Assembly: GCA_001780035.1 (NCBI GenBank)
Contig: MFEY01000005.1
Span: forward strand, 40,354-104,353
Source: Candidatus Doudnabacteria bacterium RIFCSPHIGHO2_12_FULL_48_16
GTDB taxonomy: Bacteria; Patescibacteriota; Doudnabacteria; UBA920; O2-02-FULL-48-8
Length of the DNA: 64,000 bases
Direction: 5' to 3'
This document shows, one piece after another, positions 49,021 to 59,066 of this stretch (positions are counted from its first letter, which is position 1; each line of letters begins with the position of its first letter). The notes beneath the pieces were generated by a model. It did not search any database, was not told where the DNA came from, and worked only from the letters and a program-made list of their open reading frames with translations. Position numbers and translations under genes: made by a program.

Positions 49021-49566
49021 TTAAATTTTCTTAATTTGTAAAAAGTCGAGCTCAATCGGCGTTTCCCGGCCAAAGATCGACACCAGGACCTTAATTTTGC
49101 CTTTTTCGTCATCGACTTCCGAGATTTTGCCTTCGTAATCTTTAAACGGACCGTCCATGATCCGGACCAGATCGCCGACCCGGACGTCGATTTTGTATTT
49201 GGGCTCTTCCATGCCCGTGCGCTTCTGTAGAATGGAAATTTCTGCATCGCCGATCGGCGTTGGGATGGTCCCCGATCCCACAAATCCGGTAACGTTGGGC
49301 GTATTTCTGACCACATACCAGGAATCATCCGTCACAATCATTTCGACTAAGACGTAGCCAGGGAAGATTTTTTCTTCCACAGTCGTGCGCTTACCGTCGC
49401 GAATTTTGATCTTCTTTTCCTTGGGCACGAGGACGTTAAAAATCTTGTCCTCCATACCCATGGATTCGATACGCTGCTTCAAATTGAACGCGACGCTGTC
49501 CTCATAACCGGAATAGGTGTGAAGGACATACCAATGTTTTTCACCCGTGACTTGTTGACGTGCCAT
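49021..49566 (-). CDS. nusG: Transcription termination/antitermination factor NusG
   Basis: [39 protein letters not shown]. Confidence 0.98.
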   Translation of the reverse strand: MARQQVTGEKHWYVLHTYSGYEDSVAFNLKQRIESMGMEDKIFNVLVPKEKKIKIRDGKRTTVEEKIFPGYVLVEMIVTDDSWYVVRNTPNVTGFVGSGTIPTPIGDAEISILQKRTGMEEPKYKIDVRVGDLVRIMDGPFKDYEGKISEVDDEKGKIKVLVSIFGRETPIELDFLQIKKI

Positions 49567-49567
49567 A

Positions 49568-49942
49568 TTATCTTAAATTACGAACAAATAAGAGCCAACC
49601 AATTAATGAACCAACGCCATCGTTAAAGAGATCACCGATCGTATCCCGTAATGTGAACCCCGTGGAAGGAAAAATGTGTCCCCGGACCAACAAAAATTCC
49701 AATGCTTCCCAGCTGGATCCGATAAACATTACAAACCCGGCGGTAAAAATTAAATTGAACCATACGGGATTACGTTCAGTTTTAGCCTTGCCAATCATCC
49801 AAGCGGCAAACATTGCCCAACCAATTCCGCCAGCAATGTGAAATGGTATATCCAGCCATTCAGGTTGCGGTGCCAGGAATCCAACTATCTCGGCTATAAC
49901 TAAAACCATTATTATGCTGAAAACCGCGGTTCGCAGTTTCAT
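49568..49942 (-). CDS. Small membrane protein (D..H / WE..EF / DT..D pattern)
   Basis: [26 protein letters not shown] overlap with secE. Confidence 0.75.
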   Translation of the reverse strand: MKLRTAVFSIIMVLVIAEIVGFLAPQPEWLDIPFHIAGGIGWAMFAAWMIGKAKTERNPVWFNLIFTAGFVMFIGSSWEALEFLLVRGHIFPSTGFTLRDTIGDLFNDGVGSLIGWLLFVRNLR

Positions 49943-50127
49943 TACCGGCTCAGGAAATACTCGACCAGTTTGGTCAGGCCGTAGTCGACCGCGCCCAAGA
50001 AAGCTGCCACCGCCAGACAAAGGGCAATTACACCGAGTGTAATTCGGATTGCTTCGCGGCGGGTAGGCCAAACAACCTTGGTTAGTTCAGCCTTCGCTTC
50101 TTTCAAAAATTGGATCGGATTTGACAT
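49942..50127 (-). CDS. secE: Preprotein translocase subunit SecE
   Basis: ELTKVVWPTRRE plus TM; upstream of nusG. Confidence 0.95.
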   Translation of the reverse strand: MSNPIQFLKEAKAELTKVVWPTRREAIRITLGVIALCLAVAAFLGAVDYGLTKLVEYFLSR

Positions 50128-50185
50128 AGTGATTGAAAGTGACTTTAGGCTTTTTTAAAAGGCCTTTCGGGCCCTTATTGATAAT

Positions 50186-50214
50186 ATTATACATAAGACG
50201 GGTCAGCGGGTCAA
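50186..50214 (-). promoter_or_regulatory. sigma70-type promoter of the secE-nusG operon
   Basis: TTGACC-N17-TATAAT. Confidence 0.75.
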
Positions 50215-50246
50215 GAGATAATATAAACCAGAACAAAGAGTTATGA

Positions 50247-50324
50247 GTCTTTGCGAGCGAGCGAAGAAATCTCTATAACCAGATTGCTTCGTCGTCCCGA
50301 TAAGTCGGGACTCCTCGCAAAGAC
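50247..50324. repeat. RPE/REP-like palindromic element after gyrB
   Basis: GTCTTTGCGAG..GAAGAAATCT..AGATTGCTTC..TCCCGA/TCGGGA..CTCGCAAAGAC. Confidence 0.8.
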
Positions 50325-50325
50325 T

Positions 50326-52386
<2,061 letters not shown>

Positions 52387-52434
52387 TTATACCAGTTTTT
52401 TGACTCAAAATAAAGACTCAAAAATGGATATTTA

Positions 52435-53565
52435 TTATCTAATTTCAGCTTGAAATTGATGTTCTGTTTCGTCAATAAGCCTATTCTGTAGTGGTTGAAT
52501 TTCATTATCCGTTAAAGTTCGATCATTGCTCCTATAAACTACTCGATATGTATAACTTACGTTATCAGCGCCGATTCTGTCAGGATTCTCATATTTATCG
52601 AGTAGCGCGACTTCTTCAACAAGATCGCCTCCGATGTCGCGTATAAGATCAAAGTAATTATTTGGAACAAAATTCGTATTCTTTTTGACAATGAAAGAAA
52701 TGTCTCGAGTGATCGGCGGGAACTTGCTGACCTCGACAAATTTTTGGCCAAGTTTGAGTTGTTTGGTCACGCGCGGATCAGTAGACCACAAAAGCCGGAT
52801 ATCTGGCAAACGCATGTTGCCAATCGCCAGACGCTCCAAACCAAAACCAAAAGCCCAACCGTGATAGCCTGTTAACCCGAAATTCTGTAGAACACTTTTT
52901 CGAACCATACCTGAACCTACCAGTTCAACCCATTTGCCATTCATTTCCATTTCCATTTCGAAACTGGGATCAGTGTAGGGAAAATTATGGTCATAAAACC
53001 GATGGTTAATTCCCAAACTTTCAGCGACCTCCGAAAGTGTTCTTTTCAAGTCGTCCGGAATAATATTTTTGCCTTCATCAGGTCCTATATACCATGCCCC
53101 GAACTGGTGGAATACATTCATGTGTGTACGATCGATCTCATCTTTACGGTAAACCTTACCGTAACAAATCGCGCCCAAGGTTTCTTTATTGACAATCCTT
53201 TTTTTGATTTCAGGGTCGTTTAAATAATAATACCAAAAAACCGTGTCATGAGATCTTAAAATATGTCCATCGTCTACATAATAAGTATCTGACCTACTAC
53301 GAGCTGGATGGCCGGGTGGCATATTGAATAGATCGAAGAAAATATCTATGGGTATAATTTCCGGAATTTCTATGACATCAAAGCCGACCAAGCTTTTGAC
53401 TTTGCTGGCCCTATCGACGATTTCCTTCAGCGGACTGCCAACGGTTCGCGACAAATCGGGCATATTTAAAAGCCTCAATATCCGTGCCGCGTCAGCGCCA
53501 CCGCGTTGTTGTAATTGTTGTTTTAGTTTATTTTCTTGAGATTTATCAATAATAATCTCGCTCAT
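52435..53565 (-). CDS. pheS: Single-chain phenylalanine--tRNA ligase (alpha catalytic domain fused to FDX anticodon-binding domain)
   Basis: HPAR..SDTYY, YRKDEID.TH..FHQ, FPYTDPS, GWAFGFGLERL, then SKFPPITRDISF..YRSNDRTLT. Confidence 0.88.
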   Translation of the reverse strand: MSEIIIDKSQENKLKQQLQQRGGADAARILRLLNMPDLSRTVGSPLKEIVDRASKVKSLVGFDVIEIPEIIPIDIFFDLFNMPPGHPARSRSDTYYVDDGHILRSHDTVFWYYYLNDPEIKKRIVNKETLGAICYGKVYRKDEIDRTHMNVFHQFGAWYIGPDEGKNIIPDDLKRTLSEVAESLGINHRFYDHNFPYTDPSFEMEMEMNGKWVELVGSGMVRKSVLQNFGLTGYHGWAFGFGLERLAIGNMRLPDIRLLWSTDPRVTKQLKLGQKFVEVSKFPPITRDISFIVKKNTNFVPNNYFDLIRDIGGDLVEEVALLDKYENPDRIGADNVSYTYRVVYRSNDRTLTDNEIQPLQNRLIDETEHQFQAEIR

Positions 53566-53566
53566 A

Positions 53567-53989
53567 TCAGTTCATGCTGGAATTAAAAGTTTGGCCGAGC
53601 AATTCTTCGCTATTTTTCAGAACAATGATCCCGCTGCCGGCGTCTGAGAGGCCGAGCTCCTTGCCCGAGCAGATCATGCCTTGCGATTCGACGCCCCGGA
53701 TTTTGGCTTTGCCGAGCACAAACGGTTGACCCGCCGGGTCATGATTGTCATGCGGGATAGTGGCACCGGGCAGAGCCAGCGGCACGACCGCACCCTCTTC
53801 GAAATTCCACGCTCCACAAACAACTGGTTCAATCGTGCGTTGCCCGTCTGACAAAGAGATCACCCGTAGCCGGTCCGCGTTGGGATGTTTTTCCACTTTT
53901 AAAACTTTTGATACGACAATGCCCGAAAAAACTGCCAGCGGCGCTGGAGTTTTTTTTGACGCGAACAGATTCCAAAGTTTACTTAACAA
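53567..53989 (-). CDS. Stand-alone tRNA-binding OB domain (PheT B2-like)
   Basis: HPNADRL, VVCGA.N, KIRGVESQGMICS..ELGL. Confidence 0.85.
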   Translation of the reverse strand: MLSKLWNLFASKKTPAPLAVFSGIVVSKVLKVEKHPNADRLRVISLSDGQRTIEPVVCGAWNFEEGAVVPLALPGATIPHDNHDPAGQPFVLGKAKIRGVESQGMICSGKELGLSDAGSGIIVLKNSEELLGQTFNSSMN

Positions 53990-55031
53990 TGACAGTTCCT
54001 TTGATAGTTGGGTTCAGATGGTCGTGATATCCGAATGTCCCGGTTTTGGTAAATGTAAAGCTGTAAGTTTGATTGCCCGACAGATCCGGTGACTCGAAGC
54101 CGGCCAAACCAGTATGGGTTGGGTGCGGATCCGATGCGACATGGTGATTCTTGCCGTCTTTGTTGAGCCAAACAACTGAATCACCTGCGCTCATCGTAAC
54201 GGTCGCCGGGTTAAATTTATCGTTTTCAATTGTCACGGTCACGGATTTCTTGGTTGACTGGCCGCCGGTGGGATTGGTGGGCGCGGGAGGGGTAACGGTT
54301 TTAAGCGACGTGATGGATGGTTCATGCAGCGGATTGGCAGCGGTATCGGCTTTGATTTGCTGGGTGCGGGAGTCGGTAAACTTTTTGCCCGGGGTCAGAG
54401 GGTCATAGCCATTTCGTATTTGATACGAATCGGTCCAGTCGTTCTGCTGGACAATCTCGCGCCGGTCCGTATATTTGAGAGTCGGTTCGGTCTTATAAAC
54501 ATGCAATTCATCCCCGTCTGCCAGGCCGTCCTTGTCCGAATCGGAATCTATCGGCGAGGTGCCGGTTTTGAATTCATCATAATTGCTCAGACCGTCGTTG
54601 TCGGGATCGGCATTGTCGCCGCAAATACTCTGATCGTCGCAGGCTTCTTTGTTAAAATATTGGGTCAGCCAAACCTTAGGCAGCCGGGTTGCAACCGCTT
54701 GCGGCTGATCACCGGGTTTATTGTCAGTTTTTTTCGCCCCCAAGAAATAATACAAACCAAAGCCAATTAAGCCTATGACTATGATTATTCCGCCAATCAG
54801 CAAAATATTGCGGTGCGAGTTCGGATCTGATTCGGGAAGGGGCGGCATGGAGTTCAGGCCCATATCGCCAATCGGGGCCTTAGGCGGCATACCGGATGGA
54901 GACCGTGGCGGAGGCGGCGGCATCGGTGACGAGAAGTTTGTATTTTTTTCCGGGTGGTTTAAATCCTGCGGCATGACTTGAAAGGTCAGGTCCGGCGAGG
55001 TTGCGGGGGCGTTGGGCGCATGGGGCTCCAT
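53979..55031 (-). CDS. Membrane-anchored protein with Ca-binding DxDxDG repeats and C-terminal cupredoxin-like domain
   Basis: Pro-rich N-term, TM, DPDNDGL/DSDKDGL, FNP..VT..GD.V.W.N, G.FGYHDH. Confidence 0.82.
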   Translation of the reverse strand: MEPHAPNAPATSPDLTFQVMPQDLNHPEKNTNFSSPMPPPPPRSPSGMPPKAPIGDMGLNSMPPLPESDPNSHRNILLIGGIIIVIGLIGFGLYYFLGAKKTDNKPGDQPQAVATRLPKVWLTQYFNKEACDDQSICGDNADPDNDGLSNYDEFKTGTSPIDSDSDKDGLADGDELHVYKTEPTLKYTDRREIVQQNDWTDSYQIRNGYDPLTPGKKFTDSRTQQIKADTAANPLHEPSITSLKTVTPPAPTNPTGGQSTKKSVTVTIENDKFNPATVTMSAGDSVVWLNKDGKNHHVASDPHPTHTGLAGFESPDLSGNQTYSFTFTKTGTFGYHDHLNPTIKGTVIVK

Positions 55032-55036
55032 AAAAT

Positions 55037-55411
55037 TTAACCGTTCTTAGTTATAAGATAAGATTCCAAAAATACGAAAACGAGAATCAGAAACGAGGTA
55101 TTGATCCAGGAAAACAGGCCGTGACTGGACAAAAGCAGGGAAAAAATTACGATCAGGCTGAGCCACAGGCTTTGGCGCAAGGCGGTGGCGAAATACAAAT
55201 GCTGGAATTCGCGCTGGCCCAGCAGGCGTCGGATGTAAAAATTAACCAGCGTCAGAGTGCTGAGGCAAAAACAGGCCAGAACCAGGTAAAACAGCAGAAT
55301 CGTCCAGGCCCCGGGCACACGAAGGAGCATCAAAGTCATCAGGCTCGCCAGAGAAATCAGCGCGATGACCAGGAGCGCTCGCTGAGTTGGGTTGAATTTA
55401 TTATACCACAT
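55037..55411 (-). CDS. 4-TM hypothetical membrane protein
   Basis: Hydrophobic ORF, ALRQS motif, coupled to helicase stop. Confidence 0.75.
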   Translation of the reverse strand: MWYNKFNPTQRALLVIALISLASLMTLMLLRVPGAWTILLFYLVLACFCLSTLTLVNFYIRRLLGQREFQHLYFATALRQSLWLSLIVIFSLLLSSHGLFSWINTSFLILVFVFLESYLITKNG

Positions 55412-58370
55412 ATTGGCGGTATCGACACTCTTTGGCGTGCTGAGTCCGGCGGTCGGCTTCCAGGAAATTTCCAGTCTGCGTAGTTTCAATAATTTCCGCA
55501 ATTGTTTTGAGCAGCCGGGTTTTAATTTCGCCGATTTCCGTGGCCGTGCCCAAAAATTCACCGGAATCATCCAGACTTTCCAGGAACCAGTAACTGAGGC
55601 TTTGGATTTTTTCTTTGAACTCCTCTTGTGCCGCCCACTGATAAATTAGCAATTGCTGCTTGTCGACCGACGAAAGTTTACCGCGCGCAGCGCCGGTTTT
55701 ATAGTCAATAATGCTGATAGAGCCGTCCGGATTCAGATCGCCCCGGTCGATTTTGCCGACAAACTTAAATTTATCGAGCCGGAGCTTGAAGGGCTTTTCC
55801 AAAAACTTCGGCAACTTCGGGTCATCGGAAAATTTCCTGAAAAAGTTATCCAAATATCTGATTCCGCGCTTGCGATATTCTTCCTTATTGATCTTGTCAG
55901 GAAACCAGTCATCGACCCAAGATTCGGCGTAATATTTTTCCAGCAATTCTTTTTTAGGTAATTCAACCTGGCCGGTTTTTTTTGACCCAAACAGATCCGG
56001 TTGCACTAGTGTGTTAATCTGAACCAGGTGTTTGAGATATTTTTCCAAGGTTTTGTGAATCGTAATGCCGAAAGACAATTGCGCTTCGCCCGGCAGTGGC
56101 AGATGATAAACGTATTTGAATTGATACTCGAGCGGGCAGTGGAGAAAACACGAAATCTGGGAGAAAGAAAACGTGTCGGGAATGATCAGTTTGGTTTTGA
56201 GGCCCAGGAGCGGCGGTTGCTTGGTAAAAAACACTTCACCGGCGGGCGGCGCCTTCTTGATTTTTTCCTCGAGGCCCAGCTCGACCAGAAATCGGGACGG
56301 TTTTTTGTTGGTCGTGCCGCCGTAATCATCAGCCCAAGTCAGAAACAAAAACCGCTTGGCGCGCGTAGCCGCCACATAAAACAGACGGCGTTCCTCCATC
56401 AAATGCGCATCCCCTTCCGGCAAAATTTCCTTGACCAACGGCGGCGGAATCTCGATTTGTTCGGATCGGGCGCGCGACGGGAACCGCTGATCCACCATAT
56501 TGACCACAAAGACGCAGCCAAACTCCAATCCCTTGGAAGAGTGCACGGTCATGATCCGGACCGCTTCCGGCCCGGCATCCGGGTTAAATGCCAGCTCGCC
56601 CTGGTCGCCCGCTTCCATTTCCAGACGGATCTGGGCCATAAACCCTTTGAGCGATCGGTCGGTATTCTCTTCCTCATATTTTTGCGCTTTGCGGTAAAAT
56701 TGCTCCAAGAGCGAGCGGTTCTCTACGTTCGCGGCAGAGTCGGCGATTAAATTTTTAGTCCATTCCAGATCATGGAGGACATTCACCAGCAGTTCAGCCA
56801 CAGGCAGGTCGCGGCTCGCAGCCGCATGCTTGGCCAGGAGCCGAAGCAGATCCTGCGCCTTGAGGTTGTGGCTGTCCTTGACCGCTTCATACAAGGAAAC
56901 CGCCTTGCGCCTGGCAGTTTGCGATAAGAAAATCAGTTCCTCGTCCGGAATTTTAAATTTTGGCAAATTGAACACGCGAAACAGATTTTCACTTTCATGA
57001 TAATTATCCAGGAGCCGCAGGTAAGCCAGAATGTCTAAAATCAGGGGTTTTTTGTAAAGGCCACGGTTGGCTACAAACATATATGGCAGGCCCCGCCGCG
57101 ACAATTCGGCAATAAAGGCCTCGGCCGAATCATTGGCCCGCACCAGAATGGCAAAATCATTAAAATTTAATTGCTCACTTTGGGCCAACTCAATGATTTT
57201 ATCCGCGACCTGGCGGGCTTCCTCGTAAACACTGCCGGCATGCAGAACCTCGATCTTGCCGGACAGGCTGGTGCCGGCAGTCAGTTTTTTGGAAATTTTA
57301 AGCTTAGCTTCCAGACGCTCGGGATTGTTCTGTTGGATAAAACCGTAAGCCAAATCCAAAATCTTTTGGGTTGAGCGGTAATTCTCGGTCAGCGTCACTT
57401 CCTTGGTCCTAGGGAAATCTTCCTGGAATTTTAAAATATTGGAAATGGAAGCTCCGCGGAATTTATAAATCGACTGGTCATCGTCACCGACCACGGTAAT
57501 GTTGTTTTCCGGCAAAGCCAGTATTTTGACCAGATGATATTGGGCCAGGTCCGTGTCCTGAAATTCATCGACCAAAATATATTTAAATTTTTTCTGATAG
57601 AGTTCGAGGATCTTGGGCCTGGTGCGAAAAAGCTTCAGGGCATAGTTAATCAGATCCCCAAAATCCAGATGGCCCTCATCCAGCAGGAGTTTTTGATATT
57701 TATGATAAGCATTCGCCACTTCCAAAATCCTGGCCACTTCAGCTGCGTCAATCTGCAATCCTGAACTTGCTTCAGGATCTGTCTTTTTCTTCCGGGCTTT
57801 CTTTTTAATTTCAGCGCTATCTGAATTTAACCGCAGCCCTTCCGCGTATTTTAAATAATCATCCGGCCTGATTTCCTCACCCTTGGCCTTGTTAAAGTGC
57901 CGGAGCAGGGCGTGAATGAATTTATTGGGATTGCCCACGGGCTTATAATAATCCAAATCAAAATCATACAGGTGTTTTTTGATCAGCATCCAAGCTTGGG
58001 TGTCGGTGATTACCTTGAAATCGCCCGGCAGCCCGATATCGAGGGCGTGTTGGGACAAAATTTTCTGGGCAAAGGCGTGAAAAGTGGAAATTTGAATATC
58101 GGAATAGCCAAGTGGCATCAGCATGTCGACCCGCTCTTCCATTTCGTTGGCTGCTTTTTCGGTAAAGGTTAGGGCCAAAATTTCTTCGGGCTTGGCCAAG
58201 CCCTGCTCGATCAGCCAGACAATGCGCCTAGTTAGAACCGTAGTTTTGCCCGTGCCGGCCCCGGCTATGATCAAAAGCGGACCTTGGCCAAACGTCACGG
58301 CTTTACTTTGGTCTTTATTTAAGCCATTTAAAGTTTTGGAATCAGTTTGTGTTTTAGTTGCGGCCTTCAT
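55401..58370 (-). CDS. UvrD/PcrA-family helicase fused to C-terminal PD-(D/E)XK nuclease (AdnA/B- or AddA-like)
   Basis: AGAGTGKT, VDEFQD, VGDDDQSIY.FRGA, TVHSSKGLEF, EERRLFYVA.TRA; FSFSQI..CP, GKIDR.D, IIDYKTG, QL.IY. Confidence 0.92.
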   Translation of the reverse strand: MKAATKTQTDSKTLNGLNKDQSKAVTFGQGPLLIIAGAGTGKTTVLTRRIVWLIEQGLAKPEEILALTFTEKAANEMEERVDMLMPLGYSDIQISTFHAFAQKILSQHALDIGLPGDFKVITDTQAWMLIKKHLYDFDLDYYKPVGNPNKFIHALLRHFNKAKGEEIRPDDYLKYAEGLRLNSDSAEIKKKARKKKTDPEASSGLQIDAAEVARILEVANAYHKYQKLLLDEGHLDFGDLINYALKLFRTRPKILELYQKKFKYILVDEFQDTDLAQYHLVKILALPENNITVVGDDDQSIYKFRGASISNILKFQEDFPRTKEVTLTENYRSTQKILDLAYGFIQQNNPERLEAKLKISKKLTAGTSLSGKIEVLHAGSVYEEARQVADKIIELAQSEQLNFNDFAILVRANDSAEAFIAELSRRGLPYMFVANRGLYKKPLILDILAYLRLLDNYHESENLFRVFNLPKFKIPDEELIFLSQTARRKAVSLYEAVKDSHNLKAQDLLRLLAKHAAASRDLPVAELLVNVLHDLEWTKNLIADSAANVENRSLLEQFYRKAQKYEEENTDRSLKGFMAQIRLEMEAGDQGELAFNPDAGPEAVRIMTVHSSKGLEFGCVFVVNMVDQRFPSRARSEQIEIPPPLVKEILPEGDAHLMEERRLFYVAATRAKRFLFLTWADDYGGTTNKKPSRFLVELGLEEKIKKAPPAGEVFFTKQPPLLGLKTKLIIPDTFSFSQISCFLHCPLEYQFKYVYHLPLPGEAQLSFGITIHKTLEKYLKHLVQINTLVQPDLFGSKKTGQVELPKKELLEKYYAESWVDDWFPDKINKEEYRKRGIRYLDNFFRKFSDDPKLPKFLEKPFKLRLDKFKFVGKIDRGDLNPDGSISIIDYKTGAARGKLSSVDKQQLLIYQWAAQEEFKEKIQSLSYWFLESLDDSGEFLGTATEIGEIKTRLLKTIAEIIETTQTGNFLEADRRTQHAKECRYRQYVV

Positions 58371-58397
58371 GTGTTTATTATAACATTTTTGGTAAAT

Positions 58398-58966
58398 AAA
58401 AAGAGGCCCCAGAATGGCCTAAAAACGACGACGGGGAAGGATGAGTTAGCTTCTTCCTTCCCCGAGACAAAGACGAGTTCTCCTCCCAATAAATTTGGTG
58501 GCTGGGTTATGGCACAGGTCCAGCCGATCGTTCGTTAAGTATGCGAGGACCGTGCGTCGCCGCCCACTCAACTTCCAATCACCCCTGCTTTTTCGGCAGA
58601 CACACCCTCAAGTAGGAAAGAAGGTTTGGGCCACAGTCGCCAGACTGTGACGGTCGTCATACCATCGCCTCAACTCCGGCCCAGGAAGATTGGCCGGCAA
58701 GACGCGGAATAGGACTCCGCGCGGCATGGTTTGCTTCTTCAGTCGATCCTATGTCTGCGGAATTACCGCGGGATGCTAACCTCCGAGTGGAGGAAGCTCA
58801 CTGGGCCTTACCGCCACCGCTGAAGGATTGTCAGATTATCGACCTGTCTAGTTCAGGCTCTGACATATTTGGCGCTATCGCACCACACGCCTCTTTTCGG
58901 CCCTCAACTCCAGGAATCGATATCCGGAAGCGAATAGGCTCTGGATCAAGAAGTAACCTTGCGCAG
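58398..58966 (-). ncRNA. Candidate large structured non-coding RNA (~570 nt), family unrecognised
   Basis: Own promoter, terminator AGGCC/GGCCT + T-tract, at least 8 perfect stems, no minus-strand ORF of 60 aa or more. Confidence 0.65.
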
Positions 58967-58972
58967 GTAACT

Positions 58973-59001
58973 ATTATAATTTCTTACGGTTGTGTCGTCA
59001 A
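58973..59001 (-). promoter_or_regulatory. Near-consensus sigma70 promoter of candidate ncRNA
   Basis: TTGACG-N17-TATAAT. Confidence 0.8.
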
Positions 59002-59008
59002 ATAAAAA

Positions 59009-59037
59009 GGCTAGGGATTCCAGTGGAACCCCTAGCC
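59009..59037 (-). terminator. Intrinsic terminator after purH
   Basis: GGCTAGGG / CCCTAGCC stem with TTTTTATTT on minus strand. Confidence 0.75.
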
Positions 59038-59066
59038 CGAATAGAGTCTGACCGCAATGTCGCGAG

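Noticed and set aside
58398..58966. RNase P RNA or tmRNA identity for the large structured region
   Set aside because: GAGGAAGCTC (plus) and GGAGGAGAACTC (minus) only loosely resemble the RNase P P4 motif and lack the matching 3' strand; no tRNA-like GGGG...CCA ends or tag ORF
58347..59005. Plus-strand ORFs 58347-58538 and 58751-59005
   Set aside because: No SD or recognisable motifs; antisense to the promoter-terminator unit
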